Source: Candidatus Omnitrophota bacterium
GTDB lineage: Bacteria; Omnitrophota; Gorgyraeia; Duberdicusellales; 4484-171
NCBI GenBank assembly: GCA_037146775.1
Contig: JBAWWL010000006.1
Span: forward strand, 15,120 to 79,119
Direction of reading: 5' to 3'
Length of the DNA stretch: 64,000 nt
A program made the position numbers and the translations under genes. This document shows positions 28,083-37,824 of this stretch, piece by piece. Position 1 is the first letter of the stretch; each line of letters starts with the position of its first letter. Below the pieces are notes generated by a model. That model worked only from the letters and a program-made list of their open reading frames with translations, ran no database searches and was not told the DNA's origin.

Positions 28083-28643
28083 CTAGGTTTTATCCTTTAT
28101 ATCACGACTTCCATCTTCTATCCTCTGTCTTCTGTCATCTGTCATCTGACCTCTGTCTTCTGTCCTCTGACTTCTGTCATCTGTCATCTGAATTCTGTCT
28201 TTCGGTTTCCAGTCTTTACGCAAAGGAAACTCATCCATCGGCCAGTCATCAGGCAGTGGATAACGATGTGAAGGCGACAAAGTATCAATTTTTATACCCA
28301 ATAAATCCATCATTTCCCTTTCATAAATCTCCGCATAAGGAAAATACGGGGTTACGGTTTTAAAAACAGGATTGTCTCTGGAAGCTCCTGTTTTAATATT
28401 CAAAAGAACCCCTTTGTTGTCAGCAAGATGGTACAGCGCCGCCATCTGGACACCCTCGTCAAGGCCGGTGATAGCACAAAGATTCCCAAATCCCAGGTTT
28501 TTTACTGCATAGTCAAATACCTCAAGGAATTGACTGCCTTCTATCTCCAAAAAAATACGGCGCTGGCGCATTATTCTGATTTTACCTTCTAAGTAATGAA
28601 AACGCGTAGTTAGTGCTTGTTGAATATTTTCTTCTGCCGACAT
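28083..28643 (-). CDS. NuoC/EchD-like hydrogenase subunit with a repeat-derived C-terminal tail
   Basis: AITGLD, YEREMMDLLG, LPDDWP...FPLRKDW, then DRIQMTDDRSQRTEDRGQMTDDRRQR. Confidence 0.9.
   Translation of the reverse strand: MSAEENIQQALTTRFHYLEGKIRIMRQRRIFLEIEGSQFLEVFDYAVKNLGFGNLCAITGLDEGVQMAALYHLADNKGVLLNIKTGASRDNPVFKTVTPYFPYAEIYEREMMDLLGIKIDTLSPSHRYPLPDDWPMDEFPLRKDWKPKDRIQMTDDRSQRTEDRGQMTDDRRQRIEDGSRDIKDKT
28107..28204 (-). repeat. Degenerate 7-bp tandem array (CAGANGA on minus, ~14 units) inside the 3' end of the nuoC-like gene
   Basis: Plus strand tcctctg tcttctg tcatctg tcatctg acctctg tcttctg tcctctg acttctg tcatctg tcatctg aattctg; inverted relative to 27898-27988. Confidence 0.9.
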
Positions 28644-28667
28644 GATATAACCTTATACCTTAATTGA

Positions 28668-29114
28668 CTATTTTTCTTTTACCGGCGTTTTAAGGCTTTC
28701 TAATAATTTCACTACTCCATCGATGATCGCCTTCGGACTTGCCGGACAACCAGGAACATACGCAGAAACCGGTAATACCGAGTCAATACCCGATCCAACA
28801 TTATAACAGCCTTTAAATACACCCCCGGAGCACGCACAGGTGCCTACGGCGATGACAAATTTTGGCGCACACATTTGTTCATAGATCCGCCTCAACCTGT
28901 CTTCTACCTGTTTCGTTACCGGGCCCGAACAGACAAGGATATCCGCCTGCCGAGGACCGCTTTTAAGCTGAACACCAAAACGCTCCAGATCGTAACGCGG
29001 AGTAAGGGTAGCAATAAGTTCGATATCACACGCGTTGCACGCGCCGGTATTAAAATGCAGGATCCACGGTGATTTGATTCGTGCCCAATTTACAATTTCT
29101 TTTATGCTAGCCAT
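28668..29114 (-). CDS. Hydrogenase small subunit (NuoB/EchC-like)
   Basis: GACNACDIE, GTCACSGG, PGCP. Confidence 0.93.
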   Translation of the reverse strand: MASIKEIVNWARIKSPWILHFNTGACNACDIELIATLTPRYDLERFGVQLKSGPRQADILVCSGPVTKQVEDRLRRIYEQMCAPKFVIAVGTCACSGGVFKGCYNVGSGIDSVLPVSAYVPGCPASPKAIIDGVVKLLESLKTPVKEK

Positions 29115-29116
29115 TG

Positions 29117-29452
29117 CTATTGTTTTCTCAAAAGAATAGACAACCCGACAACCGTACCGATAACATAAAGAATCCCCATTTCGAATGTCTTAATAGTACC
29201 TACGGGGACGGTGGTGATAATCAATGTCGCTACGTGCGCCAAGGTAAAGAAAAATGCAAAAGGAAAAAAATTACTGTAATCTACCTGCGCCATATTATCG
29301 TACGTATCTTCACCGCATGCGTAAGAATCGCGACCTTCGTCAGGCTTTTTTCCAGAACGATAGGAAAGCTTGGAAAATAAATACATCAATAGCAGCGCTG
29401 CTGCCAGAATAATTAGCATAGTGATTGGCGGAATAAGTAATAAGGTTTTCAT
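29117..29452 (-). CDS. NuoA-like membrane subunit
   Basis: YACGE motif, 3 TMs. Confidence 0.75.
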   Translation of the reverse strand: MKTLLLIPPITMLIILAAALLLMYLFSKLSYRSGKKPDEGRDSYACGEDTYDNMAQVDYSNFFPFAFFFTLAHVATLIITTVPVGTIKTFEMGILYVIGTVVGLSILLRKQ

Positions 29453-29480
29453 GCTCTCTCAATCCCTGTTTATTAATTCT

Positions 29481-29801
29481 TTAATCTTTTAATTCCCTAT
29501 TTTTTCTTACATCCAATGAATGGGTGTGACGATACATACCTAATACCACCCCCACCGCCACGGCAATCACCACTACCTCCACCACTATCATGGTAATCAC
29601 CAGGCTCTGAGCTAAAGCAGCGTGGTTAGTAATATAACCCACCGCGATAATTGAAAGCGTAACTGCCTTCATTAATATCTCAAGGCCAATTAAAGCCCTG
29701 ATAAAGTTATATGTCACCAGTGTACAATACAACCCGACGATGAAAATCATGATAGTAAAAAGACTGAACGGCCAAAATAATTGCAATGAATTAACGATCA
29801 T
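29481..29801 (-). CDS. NuoK/MrpC-like membrane subunit
   Basis: IGLEILMKAV, 3 TMs, SLDVR...LK. Confidence 0.85.
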   Translation of the reverse strand: MIVNSLQLFWPFSLFTIMIFIVGLYCTLVTYNFIRALIGLEILMKAVTLSIIAVGYITNHAALAQSLVITMIVVEVVVIAVAVGVVLGMYRHTHSLDVRKNRELKD

Positions 29802-30285
29802 CCTTTCCGGACTCCTTAAATAATATCACTACGCTGAATACACCGGCCAATAAAATCATTATTTGCCCTAAAAGTTCTATTGGCCTATCATTCCACAAAA
29901 CTGTACGTGCATCTTTTTCTATTTCCGGTAACGGCAAGGCCAGGCGCGGCACGACGGAAATCATATTCAAAGCCACACCTACCACTACTACAATAAACGG
30001 CAAATACCAGAACCTGCGAATCCTATCTTTCATATGTTGCAGAACCTCTTCACGCGTAAGTGGGTGAGTTAAGCTGATGGTACTGATGAATAAAACCGGG
30101 ATTAAACCAGCGCACACCGAAAGTTCAAACACCGCTGCCAAAGGCGAACGCAACATAAACATAATCATAGTAAGCAATGAGCTCATCATAGCAAGACAGA
30201 TGGCTGAACGCAACAAACTCCTGGTCATAGCTGCCCAGAGGGCAACGGCTGTTAACGATATAAGAATAAGGATGAACGCAAGCAT
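29791..30285 (-). CDS. NuoJ/MbhD-like membrane subunit
   Basis: AAVFELSVCAGL, LWNDR.IELLGQ. Confidence 0.8.
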   Translation of the reverse strand: MLAFILILISLTAVALWAAMTRSLLRSAICLAMMSSLLTMIMFMLRSPLAAVFELSVCAGLIPVLFISTISLTHPLTREEVLQHMKDRIRRFWYLPFIVVVVGVALNMISVVPRLALPLPEIEKDARTVLWNDRPIELLGQIMILLAGVFSVVILFKESGKDDR

Positions 30286-31719
30286 TTAACCTCCGACGAA
30301 AAAACGTACCGGTAATATAAAAACATCCAATATAAAAGGAAAAAATAAACCTGCCGCTACTACAATAAACGCGAGCACTATCGACGCTAACACCAAGCCA
30401 AAACCAGCTTCGTGCGTATGAGCTAAATCTTGCCGCAATTTTCCGAAAAATACCATCCGTTGCATTGCTAAAAGATAACTCAAAGTTAAAACGCTTGCTA
30501 AAATCGCCGCAAAAGCAATAGCAAAATGCCCGGTCTGCCATAAAGCTATTACGATAAGAAGCTTGCTCCAAAAACCTGCCAACGGCGGGACACCGGCGGC
30601 AGACAGACTGGCAAGAACTGAAGTAAAACCGGTAACCGGCATGGTTTTAGAAAGCCCTCCCATCCGATGCATATCCGTTGTGCCGGTTTCCAGTTCCAAA
30701 GCAGCCGCGTTGACGAATAACAGTGACTTAAAAATCGTATGATTGAAAAAATGAAAGGCTGCTGCTGCCATGCCTAAGGGCGTTGCGCAACCAAGACCCA
30801 GCATAATATAGCCTACCTGGCTGATACTGGAATAGGCGAGCATTCTTTTCAAATCACTTTGAGCCAACGCAGCTAAAGCTGCAATAAATATGGAAAGTAA
30901 GCCGATACTTAAGATAACCATGTCCACCGAAGCATCCGGCATAAAAACAAAACTCACTACTCTTATCAGAGCATACACGCCTAAAATCTTGGATACTATA
31001 CCAGCGAGAAATAAAGAAACGGCTGCGGAAGAATGAGAATACACATCAGGAAGCCAGGCATGAAACGGAACAAGTCCTGCTTTTACGGAAAGTCCGCTGA
31101 TAAAAAGCCCCACAGCAAGCATAGCCAGAAACGTATGCTCCGAACGGGGAAGTGCCTGATGTATTGCCATAAAATGAGTGCTGCCGGTAATAAGGAGTAA
31201 AATGGCTATTGATAACAGCATAAAAACCGAAGCAACGATGGAAAGAACGATATATTTAAATGTCGCACTCATCGCCCGCAAGTCTTTTTCGAAAGAAATA
31301 AGAACATAGGAAGCCACCGCGGTGATTTCAATAAAGACATACAGAGAAAAAATATCAGCCACCAAGACCACCGCGTTCATCCCGCTTACCGCGAACAACA
31401 ACAGATTAATAAAGTTAAATTTGCGCCGCTGATCTTTATGCACAGAGGCGGCCACCACTAACGTCAAGGACGCTACAATACCGATACAAAGCAGCATTAG
31501 AATACTTAAACCGTCCAGCATAAGCCCGAATTTAAACATAGAGCCGGGCAATTGGAAACTTGTAGCATAGGATGGTATAGTCAGAAAAAACGACAGAACT
31601 GCCTGGGCGCCAAACAAAAGTAAGCTCCACCAAAATATAAATCCGCGTCCTCTATTGAAAAAAGGAAGATTAAAAATGATGACGCTTAAAAATGGGACTA
31701 CTATCAATAGGGATAACAT
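30286..31719 (-). CDS. Antiporter-like subunit (MrpD/NuoN-like)
   Basis: KAGLVPFHAWLPDVY, KRMLAYSSISQVGY, PPLAGFWSK. Confidence 0.9.
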   Translation of the reverse strand: MLSLLIVVPFLSVIIFNLPFFNRGRGFIFWWSLLLFGAQAVLSFFLTIPSYATSFQLPGSMFKFGLMLDGLSILMLLCIGIVASLTLVVAASVHKDQRRKFNFINLLLFAVSGMNAVVLVADIFSLYVFIEITAVASYVLISFEKDLRAMSATFKYIVLSIVASVFMLLSIAILLLITGSTHFMAIHQALPRSEHTFLAMLAVGLFISGLSVKAGLVPFHAWLPDVYSHSSAAVSLFLAGIVSKILGVYALIRVVSFVFMPDASVDMVILSIGLLSIFIAALAALAQSDLKRMLAYSSISQVGYIMLGLGCATPLGMAAAAFHFFNHTIFKSLLFVNAAALELETGTTDMHRMGGLSKTMPVTGFTSVLASLSAAGVPPLAGFWSKLLIVIALWQTGHFAIAFAAILASVLTLSYLLAMQRMVFFGKLRQDLAHTHEAGFGLVLASIVLAFIVVAAGLFFPFILDVFILPVRFFVGG

Positions 31720-31723
31720 ATTT

Positions 31724-33568
31724 TTATCTACCTTTAATTGAATAAAAGAGAAATACCACCACGAGAGATAACCCCGCCAACGCCCACCCTAAATATACGG
31801 AATAATTTTCTGTATGCCTCCTCTTAATAACACCGGCGAGCCATACAATAAACTTTGCCACTACACCTTCGTATAACCAGTCTATTTTTCTGTCTACCCA
31901 AAAAGCAATCGCGCACATCCTTTTTAAAAAAATACGGCCGACATCGTACGGGTCGAAGAATCTACGTTCGGCTCGATCGTATACCCCGCGAAGCAAAGGT
32001 GCGCGGCGTATATGATCGGCGGCATGCAGGCCGCTGCCGGACATCTTTACTCCAAAAATATGATTCAAAAATGCCAGCACCAAGACTATCACAGTCGCAA
32101 TCGTAAGTTTCAGATTTAAAGGAAAAACAGTAAAACTATGACCGTGTAACCTCTCCTGGCCCAATACAGGGGCAATCAGCTTAGCCAGAGGTACACTATT
32201 GAACAAACCGAATAATATACAGAAGAGACTTAAAACGATCATAGGAACTAACATACCCCAGGATGCTTCTTGTGCGCTTTTGTTTTTTTCCGAGACACCG
32301 CCAAAGAATACGGCATGGCCGAGCTTTAAAAAAGAGGCGGCCGTGAAGAAAGATCCTATAATTGCCGCAAGATAAAAAATAAGCCCCCTACTCAGGGCTG
32401 CTTCATAAATTAATTCTTTAGAGAAAAATCCGTTAAAGGGTGGAACTCCCGATATCGAAACAGCGGTAACAGCAAAACATACGAAGGTTACCGGCATTTT
32501 CTTCATCAAGCCGCCCAAAACTTCTAAATCAGCCGTTCCTGTTTGTTTTTCTACCGAGCCGGCAGTAAGAAAAAGAGCGCTTTTGTAAATTGCGTTATTA
32601 ATCATATGAAACAATCCACCCACAATACCTATGGGCAACGCCGTACCGATACCTAAGATCATGTAACCCACCTGGCTGATAGCATGATATGAAAGAAGCC
32701 GTTTATAGTTTTTCTGGATCAAGGCCATCATGACCGCCAGAAGTATAGTGCCTGAGCCAATAATCATAAGTAAAACACTCAACCAGGAAGCCGGGTTAAG
32801 CTGAAACAAATCCAAGGAAATTCGGGTGAGAAAATAGATACCTAAAAGTTTTTCTAAAACTGCAGGCACCAGGGCCATGAAAGGCACGTCGCTTGCAATG
32901 GCGGCGTCGGGTATCCAGCTGTGAAACGGCATAGAGCCGGCCTTAGAGATAGCACCAATCATCAAAAGAATAAATGCAACCACAGACATCCCCTGCAAAG
33001 GAAGATTAATCTTTGACATAGTCAATGTTCCGGCGAGATAGCCACAGAGAGCTATACCGATCATCATACACAAATCCGCGATACCGGTTATTATAAAAGC
33101 TTTTGTTGCCGCTTTAAACGCGTGGTTTGAGCCGATAGCTATCATCCCGAAAAGAACCAAAAGCAATCCCTCCCAGAAAAATAGCATCAGGAACAAGTTA
33201 TCAGAAAGCACTGCGCCGCAGGCAAAAGCAATGGTTATCAAAAAATAGGAGTAAAACTGCCGCAAGTGCGCCTTAGCGCTCATGAAAAAAACTGAGTACA
33301 GAGAGATCAAAAACCCGAATCCATTGACTGCCAGCATAATAAACGCGCTGAAGCGGTATAATCGTAAAGAAAATTCAAAAGACGGCCCCAGCCAAGGCAA
33401 AATATACACGCAATCATTTTTAAATAGAAATAAAGTCAATAAAAAATTGGCTGCCGTAGCAGAGAGCGTAATACATTCTCTTACCTTACGTAACCTATGC
33501 GGAACAAAAAATGTTCCTAAGGCAGCGGCTAAGGGTATAAGTATTGGCAGAAATAGCAGCTTATTCAT
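31724..33568 (-). CDS. Antiporter-like subunit (MrpA/NuoL-like, with C-terminal helix)
   Basis: FFWEG, KAGSMPFHSWIPDA, KRLLSYHAISQVGY, PPFNGFFSKE. Confidence 0.9.
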   Translation of the reverse strand: MNKLLFLPILIPLAAALGTFFVPHRLRKVRECITLSATAANFLLTLFLFKNDCVYILPWLGPSFEFSLRLYRFSAFIMLAVNGFGFLISLYSVFFMSAKAHLRQFYSYFLITIAFACGAVLSDNLFLMLFFWEGLLLVLFGMIAIGSNHAFKAATKAFIITGIADLCMMIGIALCGYLAGTLTMSKINLPLQGMSVVAFILLMIGAISKAGSMPFHSWIPDAAIASDVPFMALVPAVLEKLLGIYFLTRISLDLFQLNPASWLSVLLMIIGSGTILLAVMMALIQKNYKRLLSYHAISQVGYMILGIGTALPIGIVGGLFHMINNAIYKSALFLTAGSVEKQTGTADLEVLGGLMKKMPVTFVCFAVTAVSISGVPPFNGFFSKELIYEAALSRGLIFYLAAIIGSFFTAASFLKLGHAVFFGGVSEKNKSAQEASWGMLVPMIVLSLFCILFGLFNSVPLAKLIAPVLGQERLHGHSFTVFPLNLKLTIATVIVLVLAFLNHIFGVKMSGSGLHAADHIRRAPLLRGVYDRAERRFFDPYDVGRIFLKRMCAIAFWVDRKIDWLYEGVVAKFIVWLAGVIKRRHTENYSVYLGWALAGLSLVVVFLFYSIKGR

Positions 33569-33575
33569 CTTATTA

Positions 33576-35018
33576 TTAGTGGCTCATTATTTGCCAAGTG
33601 GCAACCTTGGCAAAAATAAAAGGAAAATTAATCAAGATCCCGCTCGCCAAAGAAAGGATTGCCAGCGTTACCACACAGGCGAGCATCCCTGGCGAACCCT
33701 CTATAGCTTCTGGCCCGTGCGTTTCTCCCATAAAAACCATGTTGAATACCCTGAAAAGATACGCAATAGTTAAACAAGCTCCCGCTAAAAAAAGAAATAT
33801 AATATAGAAATTCCCGGACTCTGCCGCAGCGCTAAAAACCATATACTTGCTAAAAAACCCTCCAAAAGGCGGTATCCCCATTACGGAAAAAGCGCAAAAC
33901 AAAAAAGATACAGCGGTAAGAGGCATGGTCTTGATAAGCCCTCCGAGAGAGGTAATATCTCTTGTTTTCGTGTTCTGTTCGACAATACCGGCGCAAAGAA
34001 AAAGTCCGGCCTTGGAAATACCGTGCATAAGAATATATAACAGCGCGCCGATAATACCGATTTCCTTGCCGAGAGCAAATCCAAGAAAAATAAAACCTAT
34101 CTGGCTAATAGTGGAATACGCGATGATCCGTTTTAAGTCCGTTTCTATCAAAGCTGCTCCTCCGGCCACCAGAGCGCTCACACCCGCACTACAAGGTATG
34201 ATGGTATGCCAAATAAACGAAACATCAAAAGTTGCCACAAAAATCCTGGCAAAAACATACACCCCTATTTTAACCAGCACGGCCGCATGCAGAAGTGCTG
34301 TCACCGGAGAAGGCGCAATACCGGCATCAGGAAGCCAAGTCTGAAAAGGCAGCGTGGCTGATTTGGCGAATATGCCGCACAAAAGCAGCAACACCACCAT
34401 ATTATCCAACGGCCGGGACTTAAAAACTTCTCGTATAACCGCAAGGTCAAACGAGCCAGCCTGCTGATAGATAGAAATAAAACCGATCAGCATCAAAAGC
34501 GATCCGAAGATCGTTATGAGAAAAGCTTTATCAGCGCGCAGAATATAGTGTTTCTCCCTGAAAAAACCGATCAAACGCCAGCTACATACGGCGGTTATTT
34601 CCCAAAAAACATATATAAATATCAAGTTGGCGGAAAAAACCAGCCCCATCATCGCCCCCAGGAATAAGGTAACCATAGAATAATATTCGTTCTGATTTTC
34701 ATAATGGCTGATATAGCTAAAAGAATAAAGTAGAATAACCGTGCTCAAAAATGCCGACACGCAAGCCATAAAAACAGCTAATGAGTCGGCAGTAAACACA
34801 AGATTGAAACCCTGCGGGAATTGTCGCGCAAAGATCAAGGTTTTCCCGGATATTACCAACGGTATCAGCGACAAAGAAAGCACAAACGAAGAAAAAATCA
34901 AAATAAAGGAAAAAATATTTCGTAACCGGGCATTATATCGACCTAATAACGGCAGGAAAAATGCTCCAGCAAGAGGGATAAAAATAGTGCTCAAAAGTAT
35001 CATTTTGTATTTAATCAT
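33576..35018 (-). CDS. Antiporter-like subunit (MrpA/NuoL/EchA-like)
   Basis: FWE, KSATLPFQTWLPDAGIAPSPVTALLHAA, KRIIAYSTISQIG. Confidence 0.9.
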   Translation of the reverse strand: MIKYKMILLSTIFIPLAGAFFLPLLGRYNARLRNIFSFILIFSSFVLSLSLIPLVISGKTLIFARQFPQGFNLVFTADSLAVFMACVSAFLSTVILLYSFSYISHYENQNEYYSMVTLFLGAMMGLVFSANLIFIYVFWEITAVCSWRLIGFFREKHYILRADKAFLITIFGSLLMLIGFISIYQQAGSFDLAVIREVFKSRPLDNMVVLLLLCGIFAKSATLPFQTWLPDAGIAPSPVTALLHAAVLVKIGVYVFARIFVATFDVSFIWHTIIPCSAGVSALVAGGAALIETDLKRIIAYSTISQIGFIFLGFALGKEIGIIGALLYILMHGISKAGLFLCAGIVEQNTKTRDITSLGGLIKTMPLTAVSFLFCAFSVMGIPPFGGFFSKYMVFSAAAESGNFYIIFLFLAGACLTIAYLFRVFNMVFMGETHGPEAIEGSPGMLACVVTLAILSLASGILINFPFIFAKVATWQIMSH

Positions 35019-37617
35019 AACCGAATTTCCTGATAAACCACCCTTTCACTATCTGGACTAAGATGAGATACGTGAGGACCATAAAAAATAGAAACACAAA
35101 ATAAAGCGGCGGCGGAGCCACGAAACTAAAAGCGCTCGCCAAAGGCGAAAATGGGATCGCGATACCGATAGTAACTATTAAAATCGAAGTCAAAATCAAA
35201 AAACGGCTGGGACGGCTTTCAATAAAAGGAATTTTTCCGGTACGTATTATATGGATAACCAGCGTCTGGGTGCACAGGGACTCGATGAACCATCCAGTAT
35301 GGAAAAGCGCCGGGTTATTCCAAGTGTTAAAAACAAAAAGCATTATACCATAGGTAAGAAAATCGTAAATCGAACTTAAAGGCCCTATGATAACCATAAA
35401 ATTCCTGATCGCCTTCACATTCCAGGGCCTGGGCTTACTTAAATAATCCCTATCCACCTCATCAGTAGGTATCGCCACTTGGGAGAGGTCATAAAGAAAA
35501 TTATTGAGCAATATCTGGATAGGTAACATCGGCAAAAACGGCAAGAACAGACTGCCGCCGGTCATACTAAGCATATTGCCAAAATTGGAGCTGGAGCCCA
35601 TCTTGATATATTTAACGATATTACCGAAGGTTTTTCTGCCCTCCATAACGCCGTCTTCAAGCACCATAAGGCTTTTCTTCAAAAGTATAATATCCGCTGA
35701 TTCCTTGGCAATATCCACCGCATTATTTACGGAAATGCCTACATCCGAAGCTTTAAGGGCGGGTGCATCATTGATACCGTCACCGAGGTAACCGACGATG
35801 TGCTGGTTATTATGCAAGGCGTGGATAACCCGTTCTTTTTGCAACGGTGCAAGCCGAGCAAAGACAGTGGTGGTTTTCACTACTTCCCGGAGTTCCTGAT
35901 CACTCATTGTTTCGATCTGGATACCAGTAACCAGACCTTTCACGTCCAACCCCACTTCTTTGCATATTTTCTTGGTTACCAACTCGTTATCACCGGTTAA
36001 AACCTTAACTTCCACTCCTAAATTTTTAAGAGCTCTGATGGCTTTCTTGGCCGTAGGCTTTGGCGGATCAAGAAACGCTAAATAACCTTTAAGCACCAAA
36101 TCTTTTTCATCTTCTTTCGAATACACGTCTTTTGCGGTATCGATATCCTTATAAGCAACAGCCAAAACCCTGAAACCTTCGGAACTTAGCTTATCATATT
36201 CCTCTTTAAGATCGGCAAGTATCAAATACTCCATATCCAGGAATTCTCCGTCTATTTCGTACTTCGAACATCGTTTAAAAATTTCCTCCGGTGCACCCTT
36301 GGAAATAATACGTCGTTTACCGTCCATATCAACCACTACCGACATTATTTTTCTGGAAAAATCAAAGGGTATTTCGTCTATCTTTCTAAATTTTTCCGTC
36401 AACACTTCCTGGTGCTTTAAAATAGCGCGGTCAAGAAGATTTTTTAAACCAGTCTGAAAAAAACTATTAAGGTAAGAAACCCGCAGAACATCCTCGTCTT
36501 CCCTGCCTACCACATCGCAGTGCCTTTCCAAAACTATATGGTCCAGGGTTAAGGTGCCGGTCTTATCGGTGCAGAGCACATCCATTGCTCCAAAATTCTG
36601 TATGGAGTTTAAGCGCTTAACAATAACCTGTTTCTTCGACATCTTGATCGCACCCTTGGAAAGATTGATCGCCACCAGCATCGGCAACATTTCCGGAGTC
36701 AAACCAACCGCCACACCAAGAGAAAACAACAAGGACTCAATGAGGTTTCCGCGCCGCAGCGCGTTGATAGCGAAAATAAAGCATACCATAAAAAGCATAG
36801 CGCGGATCATCAGCCAGGTAAATCTTTGTATCCCTTTGTCGAAACTCGTTTCCACCCTAATGGTAGCCAGCCGGCGCGATAGCTCTCCAAACCGGGTATT
36901 AATGCCGGTTTTTATCGCAACGCCTAAAGCCGTTCCGCTCACCACGCTTGAGCCCATAAAGACAATATTAGACAGCTCTGAAATGGAATTATTTTTCGGC
37001 TGGATAACATCCGAGTTCTTTTCGATGGGGAATGATTCTCCGGTTAAAGAAGCCTGGTTAATAAAAAGATCTTTGGAAGAAATAATCCTTAAGTCAGCCG
37101 GGATCATATCGCCGGCGAACAAATCAACGATATCTCCGGGGACTATCTCCCTGATGTTGATTTCTTGTGCCTGGCCATCACGGTACACGGTAGCGGTAGT
37201 ACGCACCATTTCTCTTAATTTTTCGGCTTCTTTGCTGGAACGGTATTCTTGAACAAAGGAAAGAAAAACGCTCATTAGAACCATCGCAAAAACCAGTATG
37301 GCGCTGATTTTGCCTCCAAAAAATAACGAAAAGGTTCCAATAATAATCAGCACGATAACGAGTGGGTTGAGAAACTTGGAAAGAATTTGTGCGAAAATAG
37401 TACGCTTTTTCTTCTTGGCAGGCTCATTGGGACCGTACACAGAAAGGCGCTCGCGGGCATCTTTCGTCGAAAGCCCCTTTTCGGAAGTTTTCAGTCTCTC
37501 AAAAATCGCTTTAAGAGAGGCGCTCACAAAACCAACCTCAAAACCTGCAAACTGACCCCGGTCACCTGGAGAAAGAGGTGTAACGTGAGTAGTGTTTGGC
37601 TTCCAAGATATTCTCAT
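35011..37617 (-). CDS. mgtA: Mg2+-translocating P-type ATPase
   Basis: TGES, AVGLTPEMLP, DKTGTLT, FQTGLKNLLD, PFDF.R, GDGINDAP, LNNFLYD. Confidence 0.93.
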   Translation of the reverse strand: MRISWKPNTTHVTPLSPGDRGQFAGFEVGFVSASLKAIFERLKTSEKGLSTKDARERLSVYGPNEPAKKKKRTIFAQILSKFLNPLVIVLIIIGTFSLFFGGKISAILVFAMVLMSVFLSFVQEYRSSKEAEKLREMVRTTATVYRDGQAQEINIREIVPGDIVDLFAGDMIPADLRIISSKDLFINQASLTGESFPIEKNSDVIQPKNNSISELSNIVFMGSSVVSGTALGVAIKTGINTRFGELSRRLATIRVETSFDKGIQRFTWLMIRAMLFMVCFIFAINALRRGNLIESLLFSLGVAVGLTPEMLPMLVAINLSKGAIKMSKKQVIVKRLNSIQNFGAMDVLCTDKTGTLTLDHIVLERHCDVVGREDEDVLRVSYLNSFFQTGLKNLLDRAILKHQEVLTEKFRKIDEIPFDFSRKIMSVVVDMDGKRRIISKGAPEEIFKRCSKYEIDGEFLDMEYLILADLKEEYDKLSSEGFRVLAVAYKDIDTAKDVYSKEDEKDLVLKGYLAFLDPPKPTAKKAIRALKNLGVEVKVLTGDNELVTKKICKEVGLDVKGLVTGIQIETMSDQELREVVKTTTVFARLAPLQKERVIHALHNNQHIVGYLGDGINDAPALKASDVGISVNNAVDIAKESADIILLKKSLMVLEDGVMEGRKTFGNIVKYIKMGSSSNFGNMLSMTGGSLFLPFLPMLPIQILLNNFLYDLSQVAIPTDEVDRDYLSKPRPWNVKAIRNFMVIIGPLSSIYDFLTYGIMLFVFNTWNNPALFHTGWFIESLCTQTLVIHIIRTGKIPFIESRPSRFLILTSILIVTIGIAIPFSPLASAFSFVAPPPLYFVFLFFMVLTYLILVQIVKGWFIRKFGYD

Positions 37618-37652
37618 ACGTATTATATTGTTTTCATGTTATACGGTTAATC

Positions 37653-37693
37653 AAAAAATAAATAAGTCTTCCAGTATATCTACCGAAAGACTT
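37653..37693 (-). terminator. Terminator-like hairpin inside the mgtA 5' leader (candidate attenuator)
   Basis: 13-bp stem AAGTCTTTCGGTA-GATA-TACTGGAAGACTT then ATTTATTTTTT; lies between the promoter and the ATG. Confidence 0.65.
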
Positions 37694-37722
37694 TATATTC
37701 TTTACCTTAACTCGAATGGACG

Positions 37723-37750
37723 ATTTTACTCTTCTTCATTCATTTGTCAA
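37723..37750 (-). promoter_or_regulatory. Sigma70 promoter upstream of mgtA
   Basis: TTGACA-16 bp-TAAAAT. Confidence 0.65.
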
Positions 37751-37824
37751 TATTTTTAGGTGATAGGTAGCGCTTCCGGCGTTTCTAAATTGTTATCAAA
37801 GAATTTTCAAGCGTAAATTATATC

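Noticed and set aside
27776-28363. 195-aa and 143-aa + strand ORFs, or a CRISPR array, over the repeat region
   Set aside because: The open frames are by-products of low-complexity heptamers; there is no repeat-spacer structure and no cas gene.
25311-35018. NADH dehydrogenase (complex I) annotation
   Set aside because: The large subunit retains both NiFe CxxC motifs, a maturation protease is present, and no NuoEFG genes are present.
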